From Armatimonadota bacterium (GTDB lineage Bacteria > Armatimonadota > UBA5829 > DTLH01): DNA of 64,000 nt. The translations under genes and the position numbers were made by a program. Of this stretch, positions 9,418 through 20,583 are shown in pieces. The stretch spans positions 1 through 64,000 of the forward strand of contig JBDKUN010000003.1 of NCBI GenBank assembly GCA_039679675.1, in the 5' to 3' direction. The notes under the pieces were generated by a model. That model was not told the origin of the DNA. It worked only from the letters and a program-made list of their open reading frames with translations, and did no database searches. The number at the start of each line of letters is the position of its first letter. The first letter of the stretch is position 1.

Positions 9418-10020
9418 ATGTCAGTCATAGAAGAAGCAGAAGAGCATTTTAGAAAAGCGGAAAAATTATCGTTGGTTCAAGACGATAAGAAAAGAGCTTT
9501 GGTTGAGTACAAAAAGGCGCTTGAGCTGTGTCCTGGTATGGCTGAGGCACATTGGCGGATAGGGCAGATTTATTCCTCTGCTAAGAAGCCTAAATTGGAT
9601 CTGGCACTGGAGGAGTTCAAGGAAGCTATCCGCCTTTCTCCGGATTGGAGTGAAGGGTATATTTGTGCTGCGCATGTGCTTTGCAAAATGGGACAGTTTG
9701 AGGAAGCCTTGCAATACTATCATGATGCATTGAGGATTGACTCTAATGATTCGCGGATTCACTTCTCACTGGGCTATTGCCTGAGCGATCTTGGGCGCTA
9801 TTCGGAAGCAGTCGAATCATATCGCAAGGGACTTAATCTCAAACAAGATTATGGAGATATTTCCGCTCGTATGATGCTGGCTGATGCTTTAAAAGAAATT
9901 GGAGAGTTGGATGAAGCTATCAGAGAGTGGAAGATAGTAGCAGAGACTGAAGCGGTTTGGGATTACGAAGAACATCACCAAAAGAAAGCCAAACAGATAC
10001 TCAGAGAGTTGGAGGCATAG
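9418..10020 (+). CDS. Tetratricopeptide repeat protein
   Basis: Repeated TPR pattern (AHWRIG...AL, HFSLGYCL..LGRYSEAVESYRKGL). AT-rich. Confidence 0.8.
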   Translation: MSVIEEAEEHFRKAEKLSLVQDDKKRALVEYKKALELCPGMAEAHWRIGQIYSSAKKPKLDLALEEFKEAIRLSPDWSEGYICAAHVLCKMGQFEEALQYYHDALRIDSNDSRIHFSLGYCLSDLGRYSEAVESYRKGLNLKQDYGDISARMMLADALKEIGELDEAIREWKIVAETEAVWDYEEHHQKKAKQILRELEA

Positions 10021-10052
10021 TAGCCTCCAGTTGCATTGGAGGTATATCTTGT

Positions 10053-10568
10053 ATGCGACGCTATCTTATTCTCGCTGTTGCTATTGTGGTAGTAGTAGCG
10101 GTTGTTGGAAATCATGCCTTTAAACGATGGTCATATATTCGTGCCACGACTGATGTCACAGACCGGGATTTTATTGCAACTATTTCGACAACCGATACTC
10201 CACTTGTCGTTGATGTGGAAGTCAGCAAGGTAAATCCGGTAGCCCGCAAGCAGATAAAGGGTATACCTAAGGTTTTTGACCTGTCATTCAAAAGCAAGTC
10301 GGGGCATGTATATGGCGGAAAGTATACTGGACAAATACAATACGCCAGTCTTGTGAGTGGCAAACCTTTTATCTTCGGGAAACCAAGTGATTCACTGCGT
10401 TATAGACTTCGTATCATCACAACTAATCTGAAGCCTGGAACCTACAAAGTAAGTCCCTACGTACGTATAACGGAAAGTGGTGACGATGCATTATCCGGTC
10501 CATATGCTGACGGTGGTACGGTAGCCGTTCCAGCGGGAAACTCGATTAAGGTTACTATCAAAAAGTAA
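10053..10568 (+). CDS. Hypothetical protein with N-terminal signal/TM anchor
   Basis: MRRYLILAVAIVVVVAVV after a GGAGG RBS; beta-rich remainder. Confidence 0.65.
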   Translation: MRRYLILAVAIVVVVAVVGNHAFKRWSYIRATTDVTDRDFIATISTTDTPLVVDVEVSKVNPVARKQIKGIPKVFDLSFKSKSGHVYGGKYTGQIQYASLVSGKPFIFGKPSDSLRYRLRIITTNLKPGTYKVSPYVRITESGDDALSGPYADGGTVAVPAGNSIKVTIKK

Positions 10569-10575
10569 AAAAGAC

Positions 10576-10615
10576 AAAGAGCTTCGGCATAATAAAACAC
10601 GCCGAAGCTCTTTTT
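10576..10615. terminator. Bidirectional terminator between convergent genes
   Basis: AAAGAGCTTCGGC...GCCGAAGCTCTTTTT. Confidence 0.75.
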
Positions 10616-10625
10616 ACAATCACTA

Positions 10626-12668
10626 TCAGCAGCCGCAACAGCAGCAGCCGCGGTTTAGGTATTTCCTCACGCGGGCGGCTATGGCCTCTGGCGTGAACCC
10701 GAACTTCTCAGCGAGTATACCCGCCGGGGCGGAAGCGCCGAAGTGGTCCATTCCGATGCTAAGACCCTTGCTGCCAGTATACCTCTCCCAGCCGAACGGC
10801 GATGCGGCTTCTATCGCAACCCTCGAAGTTATGCTAGGCGGCAGGACGCTGTCCCGGTATTCCTTCGATTGAGCCTCGAAAAGCTCGAAACTCGGCATAG
10901 ATACGACCCTGCAGTTGATCCCGCCCGGCGCAAGCAGCTTCTGAGCCTTTATCGCGGCGCTGACTTCTGAGCCGGTGGCGATAAGTATGACGTCGATCTT
11001 TTCTTCGGGAGACTCGGAGACTACATAAGCGCCTTTCTCGAGCCCTTTTGCCTCCTCAGGGCTGTTTTTGTAGACCGGCGGGAGGTTCTGGCGGGAAAGC
11101 ACAAGCACAGTCGGGCCGGATGCGTTCTTCAGCGCGGCCGCCCATGCAACTGCCGTCTCGGCGGTGTCCGCTGGCCGGATGACCGTCACCCCTGGGATCG
11201 CCCGGAGGCTCGCAAGGTGCTCTATTGGCTGGTGGGTCGGCCCGTCCTCGCCCACGAAGAAGCTGTCGTGCGTATAAACATAGACCACCTGGCTCTTGTT
11301 GATGGCAGCGATGCGGTGCGTGGGGCGGGTGTAGTCCGAAAATGTAAAGAACGTCGATCCGAACGGTATAAACCCTCCGTAGAGCGCCATGCCGTTCATA
11401 ATCGAGCCCATAGCGTGCTCACGGATGCCGAAATGGAAGTTCCGGCCTGAGAACTTGCCTTTTTCTATCGCGTCATAGCCTTTGATCCAAGTCTTTGTGG
11501 AGGGGGCGAGGTCCGCGGAGCCTCCGCAGAGGCTTGGGACGAGCTTTGCCGCTTCCTGGAGCACCAGCCCGCCGGACGCTCTTGTCGCCATATCCTTGCT
11601 TGTGTCTATCGAGGCGAGTAGTTGGTCGGCGATCTCCTCCGGCACGCGGCGGTTCTGCATATCATCCCATTCCTTTGCAAGGTCGGGGTATTCCGCGCGG
11701 TATTTTTTGAACATCTCTTCCCAGTTGCTTCTCATCACGCGCCTGTCTTCGCGCCACTCGACGCAGAGCTGCTTTACATCGTCCGGCACGTAGAAATCGG
11801 GCTCAAGCGGCCAGTTGAGGCTCTTTTTCATAGCGGCTACTTCGTCATGCCCGAACGGTTCGCCGTGGGCTTCCTTGGTATCGTGCTTTGTGGGAGCGCC
11901 GCAGCCGATGTGGGTCTTAGCGATGATGATGGTCGGTCTGGAAGTGTCTGTCCGTCCAGACGCGATGGCAGAGTCGATTTCTCTTCTGTTGTGACCATCG
12001 ACTTTCAGCACCTGCCAGCCGTAGCTCTTGAACCTGAGCTCGGTGTCATCCGAGAATGCGAGGTCTGTGGAACCTTCGATACTTATCTTGTTATCGTCGT
12101 AGATGTAGATCAGGTTGCCGAGGCCAAGATGTCCCGCGATGGATGCAGCTTCGTGAGAAATCCCTTCCATCAGGTCGCCGTCGCTCACTATGCCGTAGAC
12201 ATAGTGGTCGATGATGTCATAACCGGGCTTGTTGAACCTTGCAGCCATCATCTTGCCTGCGATAGCCATTCCGACGCCGTTTGCGAACCCCTGTCCGAGC
12301 GGGCCGGTAGTAGTTTCTATCCCGTGGTCCACATCGGCTTCGGGATGGCCTGGGGTCTTGCTTCCCCACTGGCGGAAGGACTTCAGCTCATCGAGCGTGA
12401 TTTCGGGGTTTCCCGCAAGGTGCAGCAGGGAGTACAGCAGCGTTGAGCCATGTCCCGCGGAAAGCACGAACCTGTCCCTGTTCGGCCACCTGGGGGCAAG
12501 GGGATCGTAGCGCAGGAATTTACTCCACAATACAAATGCATAATCTGCCGCGCCGCACGGCATTCCTGGATGGCCGGACTTTGCTTTCTCGACCATATCG
12601 ACACAAAGGAACCGGATGGTATTGACTGAAAGTTGGGCTAACTCCGATTCCACGCTGAGCTTCTGCAT
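10626..12668 (-). CDS. tkt: Transketolase
   Basis: SGHPG, RDRFVLSAGH, TTGPLGQG, GDLMEG, GIREHAM and GEDGPTHQP motifs. Confidence 0.97.
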   Translation of the reverse strand: MQKLSVESELAQLSVNTIRFLCVDMVEKAKSGHPGMPCGAADYAFVLWSKFLRYDPLAPRWPNRDRFVLSAGHGSTLLYSLLHLAGNPEITLDELKSFRQWGSKTPGHPEADVDHGIETTTGPLGQGFANGVGMAIAGKMMAARFNKPGYDIIDHYVYGIVSDGDLMEGISHEAASIAGHLGLGNLIYIYDDNKISIEGSTDLAFSDDTELRFKSYGWQVLKVDGHNRREIDSAIASGRTDTSRPTIIIAKTHIGCGAPTKHDTKEAHGEPFGHDEVAAMKKSLNWPLEPDFYVPDDVKQLCVEWREDRRVMRSNWEEMFKKYRAEYPDLAKEWDDMQNRRVPEEIADQLLASIDTSKDMATRASGGLVLQEAAKLVPSLCGGSADLAPSTKTWIKGYDAIEKGKFSGRNFHFGIREHAMGSIMNGMALYGGFIPFGSTFFTFSDYTRPTHRIAAINKSQVVYVYTHDSFFVGEDGPTHQPIEHLASLRAIPGVTVIRPADTAETAVAWAAALKNASGPTVLVLSRQNLPPVYKNSPEEAKGLEKGAYVVSESPEEKIDVILIATGSEVSAAIKAQKLLAPGGINCRVVSMPSFELFEAQSKEYRDSVLPPSITSRVAIEAASPFGWERYTGSKGLSIGMDHFGASAPAGILAEKFGFTPEAIAARVRKYLNRGCCCCGC

Positions 12669-12725
12669 AAATAACCTCTCTGGTACGTAGTTTCACTTGG
12701 CGATCATTTAGTTTCACCAAACTTA

Positions 12726-12754
12726 AGATTACCTAATAGCCGTGCTCAAGTCAA
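12726..12754 (-). promoter_or_regulatory. Sigma70-type promoter for tkt
   Basis: TTGACT-N17-TAATCT on the minus strand. Confidence 0.5.
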
Positions 12755-12859
12755 GGAAACGGGCGAATTGAAGGGAAAGGCATGAGAGATGAGTGATGGT
12801 GCGGGGGTTCCAAGCTCCGCACCATCAAGACCTAGGCAGGACCCACGGTCCATCAATAT

Positions 12860-12904
12860 TCCACCATCCGCGGAATTCGCTAAACCCGTGTAATCCGCGT
12901 TTCA
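12860..12904. repeat. Dispersed nonamer-based repeat, copy 1
   Basis: 35 of 45 positions identical, ungapped, to 17505-17549. Confidence 0.7.
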
Positions 12905-12915
12905 AAAGAAAAAGC

Positions 12916-14001
12916 TTACCGCACCGCAAGCTCAGCAGAGAGATCGAAATAATACTTCACAGCCTCCGGCGGGATGTTCCACGGGATGTGGTTTCCGATA
13001 CACATCATGTATCCGTCAGTCATCTTCGAAGTTTCGACCATTTGCTCCACCATCGCCCTGATCTCGCTCTTATCGTTTCTCATAAGTATCCGGTTATCGC
13101 CTTCACCTGCGATAAAGCAGTTTTCGTGCTTGCGTGCGATGGTTCTCCAGTCGGTATACGGCTCGGATATGATCCCGCGTGCGCCACAGGCGAAAATATC
13201 GTCCGCGTACGTGTCTATGCATCCGTCTACCATGAATATGACTTCCTTACCGGCTGCCTTGACTATGCTCCAGAACTCCTCGTACCGGGGGAAGATATAC
13301 TTCTTCATCCATGCAGGCGAGCAGATGGGGCCTTTTGAGTTGACGATGTCATCGTGGCAGACTATGAAGTTGACCGGAAGCTTGGCAAACGTGCGGAAGA
13401 CCCGCCTGTTTATCTCCGCGAACTCGTCCATGATCCGCTCGAACCGCTCGTCCAGGCAGATCTCAAGGAACAGCTCCCAGCCGAAAGTGAGGAGCGGCCA
13501 CATGAACATGGTGTTGTAAAAACTGACCAGAGCAGATGAGCCCTCAGGAGCTTTGTCTCCCCATCCGGAAGGGAAGCACTGCCGCCACATCGGGTAGAGT
13601 TTTTCCTCGTCGCGGTAATCTCTCGACTCGACGACCGGAATATCGGTAAAATCGCCCTGAGCGAGAGGCGAAAACTTCAGAGCATCCTCTGCCGTCTTGA
13701 AAGTATGCCCCCAGTCCCACTGCCAGGTGAAGCTGTCGCCCCAGCGCACCCGGTGCTTGTGCTCTTCGCCGGAATCTTCACCCAGATCAACGGTTTCCGG
13801 ACGGGGGATAGGCTTATCCTCCGCAGGTATTTCAAGCTTTAACTGCGGGTAGAGCTCCGCCAGCTTCTCTCTGCAGAGCTTTGGATGTTCGTAGTGATCG
13901 ATACCGGACATATAAGTCTCAGCATCCGGGCAGGACCAGTGCTCCCAGTGTGGAATTTGCTTTGGAGCAAGCCCCATAAACGCTTGATACCAGCTATCCA
14001 T
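12916..14001 (-). CDS. Uroporphyrinogen decarboxylase / cobamide methyltransferase-like TIM-barrel protein
   Basis: CHDDI...GPICSP-x-W-x-x-x-YIFP, FMVDG and GYMMCIGNHIPWNIP pattern typical of URO-D-like proteins. Confidence 0.75.
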   Translation of the reverse strand: MDSWYQAFMGLAPKQIPHWEHWSCPDAETYMSGIDHYEHPKLCREKLAELYPQLKLEIPAEDKPIPRPETVDLGEDSGEEHKHRVRWGDSFTWQWDWGHTFKTAEDALKFSPLAQGDFTDIPVVESRDYRDEEKLYPMWRQCFPSGWGDKAPEGSSALVSFYNTMFMWPLLTFGWELFLEICLDERFERIMDEFAEINRRVFRTFAKLPVNFIVCHDDIVNSKGPICSPAWMKKYIFPRYEEFWSIVKAAGKEVIFMVDGCIDTYADDIFACGARGIISEPYTDWRTIARKHENCFIAGEGDNRILMRNDKSEIRAMVEQMVETSKMTDGYMMCIGNHIPWNIPPEAVKYYFDLSAELAVR

Positions 14002-14038
14002 TGTAGCTCCTTTGCTATAGTCAACATTTGGCGTTTCA

Positions 14039-14067
14039 AGTATAACATTGGGGGATTGTCAGTGCAA
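14039..14067 (-). promoter_or_regulatory. Sigma70-type promoter for the URO-D-like gene
   Basis: TTGCAC-N17-TATACT with a TG extension. Confidence 0.55.
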
Positions 14068-14101
14068 TACAAACTGCATCGCGAAATGCACCCTGGGGCT
14101 C

Positions 14102-15553
14102 TTATTCAGCCACGGACGGAGGGTAGAAAGGTTCCTCATCTACAACAGGGTTGTCCAGGAGAGGCTGATGCCTGATTATCGGGCGTTTCCACTTGCCGGA
14201 GAAGTAGTACAGCTGGCTGATAACAGCCGAAGCCACAATGCTTATCGCTATGGCATAATAAACCCCTTCGACTCTGTGCATCCGGCTGGTAAGATACGCT
14301 GCCAGCGGCACACGGGCGACCCAAAGGGAAATAAGCGAGATAAGAGTGGTGATGAGCGTATACCCCGCGCCGTTGATTACGCCGTTGCTCACGAACATCA
14401 TCGCCATGAACACATAGCAGAACCCGACTATCCGCAGATAGCTTACTCCGAGCCCTACCACCTGCGGGTCGTAGCCCTTCACGAACAGGCCGACAAGCAG
14501 CCTGGGCATTGTGATCGCAAAGGCCGATAAGACCAGTGCTGTGCCCCCGGAGATCAGCATGCCCCATGAAAACGTTTCTTTTGCTCTGTGAAGGCGGTTT
14601 GCGCCGATATTCTGACCGACAAGTGTCGATATGGCAACACCGAATGTCATAGACGGAAGGAAAACAACCTGGTCTATGCGGATCGCCGCCCCGAATGCCG
14701 TTGCGGCGTTTTTACCGAAAGAATTGACGAATCCCATAACGGCGACCATGCCGAGTGAGATCAGCGACTGCTGCAAGACCGATGGAATACTGATTTTTAG
14801 TATCAATTTGCTGGTAGGCCAGTGAATGCTGAGATGCTTCCAGTCAGGCGCTACAATGTGGTCCTTGCGCCGGATGTAGATCAGTCCGACTATCAGGCAC
14901 AGCATCTGCATAACGGTAGATGCTACAGCTGTTCCATTCAGCCCCATTCGCGGGAACCCAAGCCATCCGAACATCAGGATCGGGTCGAATATAGCCGTCA
15001 TCACAAGTGCGCCTGCCTGAAAATAAAGCGGCGTCTTCGAATCTCCTACCCCCCGAAGCATGGAGCTTAACAAAAACAGGCCGAATACGAACGGTATTGA
15101 AAAAAGCGATATTTTAAGGTAGCTGACAGCCAGCGGATACACATCTGCCGGGCTGTGCATCAACTGCATGAGCCATGGCGACAGAAACTGGCCGAGTATC
15201 GTGAGAATGACGCTTGCGCTCAGGACTACAGCAGTGGAAGTCTGCACCAACTGGCGGAATCTGTCCCATTCGCGTGCCCCGGCGAACTGAGCAGCCAGGA
15301 TGCCGGTCCCGATTGTAAGCCCGATGGCAATAGCCATCAAAAGGAACATAACCGGCATGCTGTCCGTCACTGCCGCAAGCTGTGTACTGCCTAAAAATTT
15401 ACCCACCCATATCCCGTTAACGAGACTATAGGCGACCTGGATCGCGTTTCCGGCAAGCATCGGAAGCGAAAACATTACCAGGTGACGGGGAATACTCCCG
15501 ACGGTCAAGTCGCGCCCGTGCTTGTTATCAGATTGTTTCAAAGGTTCCGTCAT
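14102..15553 (-). CDS. MATE family efflux transporter
   Basis: DLTVGSI, RGVGDSKTP and GQNIGA motifs; about 12 hydrophobic segments. Confidence 0.92.
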   Translation of the reverse strand: MTEPLKQSDNKHGRDLTVGSIPRHLVMFSLPMLAGNAIQVAYSLVNGIWVGKFLGSTQLAAVTDSMPVMFLLMAIAIGLTIGTGILAAQFAGAREWDRFRQLVQTSTAVVLSASVILTILGQFLSPWLMQLMHSPADVYPLAVSYLKISLFSIPFVFGLFLLSSMLRGVGDSKTPLYFQAGALVMTAIFDPILMFGWLGFPRMGLNGTAVASTVMQMLCLIVGLIYIRRKDHIVAPDWKHLSIHWPTSKLILKISIPSVLQQSLISLGMVAVMGFVNSFGKNAATAFGAAIRIDQVVFLPSMTFGVAISTLVGQNIGANRLHRAKETFSWGMLISGGTALVLSAFAITMPRLLVGLFVKGYDPQVVGLGVSYLRIVGFCYVFMAMMFVSNGVINGAGYTLITTLISLISLWVARVPLAAYLTSRMHRVEGVYYAIAISIVASAVISQLYYFSGKWKRPIIRHQPLLDNPVVDEEPFYPPSVAE

Positions 15554-15657
15554 TAATAGTATCCTGACTAAAGCTACATTATAGCTCATTACATAAGCTC
15601 AATAATAGGGGTGTAACAGTTCATAAATGAGATTGTACATACCCTGGGCAACTAACC

Positions 15658-15763
15658 CGTCACACTGAACAAACCGACGTCACCCTGAACTTGATTCAGG
15701 GTCCATTCTTTTCCTGGATTCCGAGTCAAGCTCGGAATGACGTTGTGGCAGCCCGGAATGATG
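15658..15763. repeat. REP/BIME-like palindromic element
   Basis: CGTCACCCTGAACTTGATTCAGGGTCC...GGATTCCGAGTCAAGCTCGGAATGACG inverted pair, flanked by partial copies. Confidence 0.7.
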
Positions 15764-16128
15764 TTGCACTCATCAATTCTGAACTTTTACACAGGTGGAA
15801 TATTAGTTGCTGAGTGCTATCTGATGGGGCAAAAGAGGGTTTCTTTAACGAATTGGTGTATAAGTAATCATATTTATGCCTGGTCGGAACCTGTGTGTGG
15901 AAGAGTTGCGTATATGTGGTAGAAAGCTTGGTCAGGAGGGCTGTTGAATTATGGCGTCGCTACGCGCCTGTATATGGAAAGTCTCTCTCGCGGCAGCAAT
16001 TGTTTTACCTTGCTTCGGTTTGCTTGCCACCGAAGCCGACACCGTAGGTGTCGAGAATTTGACAATACTTCGCGCATTTCGCAATTCAAAATGGGCTGAT
16101 TGGGCATATCAGAATTAAGAGAAGAGGA

Positions 16129-17391
16129 GTGTATAAGTTGAAAAGAGATACTACAGTATGCTTGGCATTGTTATTTCTTATGCTCAGCATCAAGGCGATT
16201 GCAGAAACACCAAGTTGGATAATTCCATATGATCCTAATACAATGTCATTTACTGTGACTTTAGAGCAAGCAATGCAAAAAGCCAGAGATTGGGCGGGAA
16301 ATCCGAATCTTCAATTGGAATTTAGAGGCATAAACATTATCAAGGAAGATAAGGGGATTAAGAAGTACGCATTTAAAACACCAGATAACAACCAGCAATT
16401 TGATGTAGATTGCAGCACTGGTAAAGTCCTTTGTTGGGTTGATTTTACCAAGTCCCGGGCGTCTCGGAAAGACGAAAGTAATCCGAGCAACATCCAAACA
16501 ATGCTACCAGCAGAAGAATTAAACGGCATAGTACGTTCGTTCATTAGCTCGAAATATCCTGAATGTGATGCTTTGAATATGCAGAATGCTTACCCGGAAA
16601 ATCCGGATATGTATTACGTGCAAAGGCTTTCGAACGGTGTTTGGAACGATCAAAACAATATCCGCTGTTGTGTAGATGCCTGGAGAGGCATTGTGGTAAG
16701 CTGTGAGGCTGAGTTTATGGGCATTCCAAGCTTATCTACAAGTTATTCGGTTACACCGTCAATAGCAGAACAAGCAGCAATTAGCTATGCCAGAAATGAA
16801 GTAGTTGATGATCCTGATGGTCCATTGAATGTTCAGACAGTGATCCTTTATAAGAATAGAGGCGTGTGGATCACCAAAACCGAACAAGGTGAATATAAAC
16901 TTGCATATAGAATTGAGCTAATCTCAAGCGTATTACCAAACTACACTATTCAGATGTATGAACAAGCAGTGAATGCAGGCCTTGACGGAGAAGAAGCAGG
17001 CTATGGAACGGTATATGTTGATGCCAATACAGGAGATGTATTCGACATAAAAGGAGAAAACTACGATATATATCCGCCTACTACCTCTACTCCTGCATTC
17101 AGTCTCGCTGAAGGCACATATACCAGCAATCAGGCAGTAACGATCACTTGTGTGACCAGTGGATCAACAATTCGCTATACCACCGACGGAACCAATCCTA
17201 CTACAACCAGCACTGAGTATGCAGGCCCGATAACTGTAGATAGCTCTATGACATTAAAAGCCAGAGCATATTCTCCGGATCATAAATCAAGCCTGGTAAA
17301 GTCGGCAACATATACCTTGAAACTACCGTCCCCGACAATGAATCCGGCGGGTGGTAATCATACAGGGAGCCAAAATCTGTTTCAGAAGTAA
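16129..17391 (+). CDS. Secreted protein with PepSY-like segments and a C-terminal chitobiase/Fn3-associated domain; probably 3'-truncated
   Basis: Signal peptide; VDCSTGKV, VDAWRG and YVDANTGDV motifs; TPAFSLAEGTY...IRYTTDGTNPT...LKARA. A second repeat starts and then stops. Confidence 0.7.
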   Translation: MYKLKRDTTVCLALLFLMLSIKAIAETPSWIIPYDPNTMSFTVTLEQAMQKARDWAGNPNLQLEFRGINIIKEDKGIKKYAFKTPDNNQQFDVDCSTGKVLCWVDFTKSRASRKDESNPSNIQTMLPAEELNGIVRSFISSKYPECDALNMQNAYPENPDMYYVQRLSNGVWNDQNNIRCCVDAWRGIVVSCEAEFMGIPSLSTSYSVTPSIAEQAAISYARNEVVDDPDGPLNVQTVILYKNRGVWITKTEQGEYKLAYRIELISSVLPNYTIQMYEQAVNAGLDGEEAGYGTVYVDANTGDVFDIKGENYDIYPPTTSTPAFSLAEGTYTSNQAVTITCVTSGSTIRYTTDGTNPTTTSTEYAGPITVDSSMTLKARAYSPDHKSSLVKSATYTLKLPSPTMNPAGGNHTGSQNLFQK

Positions 17392-17430
17392 GCGCGGAAG
17401 AAGAAAACTCCGGCGCGTGTATGCCGATAG

Positions 17431-17459
17431 CAAAGCGGCGTCAAGCCGCCGCACTCCAA
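17431..17459 (-). repeat. GGAG-type REP-like palindrome
   Basis: Minus strand reads TTGGAGTGCGGCGGCTTGACGCCGCTTTG (tetranucleotide followed by a hairpin). Confidence 0.6.
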
Positions 17460-17466
17460 GGAGGTT

Positions 17467-17549
17467 GGTGGAGATTTAAGGGCTTTGTTGCAGAAGCTTA
17501 AGTCTCCACCATTTGAGTAGTTCGCTGAATCCGCGCGATCCGCGTTTCA
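17467..17549. repeat. Dispersed hairpin plus nonamer repeat, copy 2
   Basis: GGTGGAGA...TCTCCACC hairpin, similar to 62491-62541 in reverse. Its tail matches 12860-12904. Confidence 0.7.
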
Positions 17550-18173
17550 GAAAGCGGCAGCTGTCAGCAGCTTTCCATGTTTTGCGGCTGTGTAGCGCTC
17601 GGCAACGTTATCCCAGTTGACCAGGTGCTCCATGAATGCCTTTGTAAACTCCGGGCGGCGGTTCTGATACTGTAAATAGTAGGCATGTTCCCATACATCG
17701 AGCACGAGGATCGGCTGAACGCCCCACTGGGTCAGATTCTCATGTTTTTCAGCTCCGAGGACCACGAGTGCGTCATCCATCGCTCGGTATCCGAGAATTC
17801 CCCAGCCGGACCCTTGAATCGCGTTAGATGTCGCGAGGAAAAGCCCCTTGAAATCATCAAGTCTGCCGAAATTCCTGTGGATCGCATCGGCCAGCTCGCC
17901 GGTGGGGTCTCCTCCCCCGTCTTCTTTCATATTAGTCCAGAAGATCGAGTGCAGGATATGCCCCGAACCATTAAATGCAATGTCGCCTGCGACCGCTCTC
18001 GCATTCGGAAAATCGCTGGACCGCAGCATCGCCTGGATTTTCTCCTCGGCGGCATTGAGCCCGGTGACGTAAGCTTCATGGTGCTTGTCATGGTGCAGAA
18101 TCAGCATCTCTTCGCTGTAATACGGCTCCAGCGCATCATAATTATACGGAAGTGGGGGCAGCTCATGTGTCAT
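17547..18173 (-). CDS. sodA: Superoxide dismutase, Fe/Mn family (Mn-like signature)
   Basis: LPPLPY-x-YDALEP, HHDKHH, GHILH, QGSGW and DVWEHAYY motifs. Confidence 0.93.
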   Translation of the reverse strand: MTHELPPLPYNYDALEPYYSEEMLILHHDKHHEAYVTGLNAAEEKIQAMLRSSDFPNARAVAGDIAFNGSGHILHSIFWTNMKEDGGGDPTGELADAIHRNFGRLDDFKGLFLATSNAIQGSGWGILGYRAMDDALVVLGAEKHENLTQWGVQPILVLDVWEHAYYLQYQNRRPEFTKAFMEHLVNWDNVAERYTAAKHGKLLTAAAF

Positions 18174-18344
18174 TCCAGTTCCTCCTTAACAAACTTAACT
18201 GTTCATATGACTTCTTTTACCCGGCGGAAACAGGCCCTAACCATCAACCGTAATTGTTTGCCGACTGGGTTTTCATGATCATTTATACGGGTATAGCTGT
18301 GTTGCATTTACCTTCGGTCAACAACAAAGAGAGGATGATTTGGA

Positions 18345-19070
18345 ATGGCGCTTCATGAGATAAATCAAGACATTGACAGGTCAGTGCAGAGGCTCAGCAA
18401 TGCGCTAGTCTTAACACTTTACGTGGCAGGAGCGCTCCTGGCGATAGCTACGGCATTCAAGGGACCTTATTACTGTTGGGACTGGGATCACGAGGAGACT
18501 ACCTTTACATACGGGTCATCGATATTCTACTTCATTGCTGCGGTTGCGGCCTATGCATGCCTGCACATCGCCAGGTATCTCAAGAAGATAGAGATGGGCA
18601 GGGTCCGCCATCCATGGTTGTGGTTTGCTGCTTTCCTTGGTTTTTTGTATGCTGCATGCGACGAAATGCTCATGTATCATGAGAGGCTAGGGCACGTTTT
18701 AGACAAGGCTTCCTGGTATCATCATCTCTATATTGTAAAATCGGATGATATTTTCGTCCTTGCCTATGGGACAATATCTCTTCTTTTCATGATATTTCTC
18801 GTAAGGGAATTGCTGCCGGTAAAGAGGGCCCTTAAATACTATCTCGTCGGGGTAGTTCTGCTGGTTTCTGCGGGTATGCTGGATGTTTTGGCACTTAGTG
18901 CCCTTATTACCAGAGGTATTGAAGAGCTGTGTGAGCTCTATTCGGGAATCTCATTCGCTTCTGCGTTCATAATATGGGGGCTGGACAGAGCGCGGCTCGC
19001 GTTTGAGGTATGGCTCTCATCCCGGACAATAAGAGAGCCATCCTCAATTCCCGAACCGCTGCCCGAATAG
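18345..19070 (+). CDS. Hypothetical multi-pass membrane protein
   Basis: About 6 TM segments; DE-x-x-x-x-HE and EE-x-x-E polar motifs; GAGGA RBS. Confidence 0.75.
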   Translation: MALHEINQDIDRSVQRLSNALVLTLYVAGALLAIATAFKGPYYCWDWDHEETTFTYGSSIFYFIAAVAAYACLHIARYLKKIEMGRVRHPWLWFAAFLGFLYAACDEMLMYHERLGHVLDKASWYHHLYIVKSDDIFVLAYGTISLLFMIFLVRELLPVKRALKYYLVGVVLLVSAGMLDVLALSALITRGIEELCELYSGISFASAFIIWGLDRARLAFEVWLSSRTIREPSSIPEPLPE

Positions 19071-19073
19071 CTG

Positions 19074-20583
<1,510 letters not shown>

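Noticed and set aside
10610..10630. Selenocysteine read-through at the tkt TGA (Gly-Cys-UGA)
   Set aside because: TGA is followed directly by TAG and TGA, and the downstream hairpin is a bidirectional terminator rather than a recognisable SECIS.
17481..17495. IS terminal inverted repeat (GGCTTTGTTG)
   Set aside because: No partner repeat or transposase, and the related copy near 62520 does not keep the sequence.
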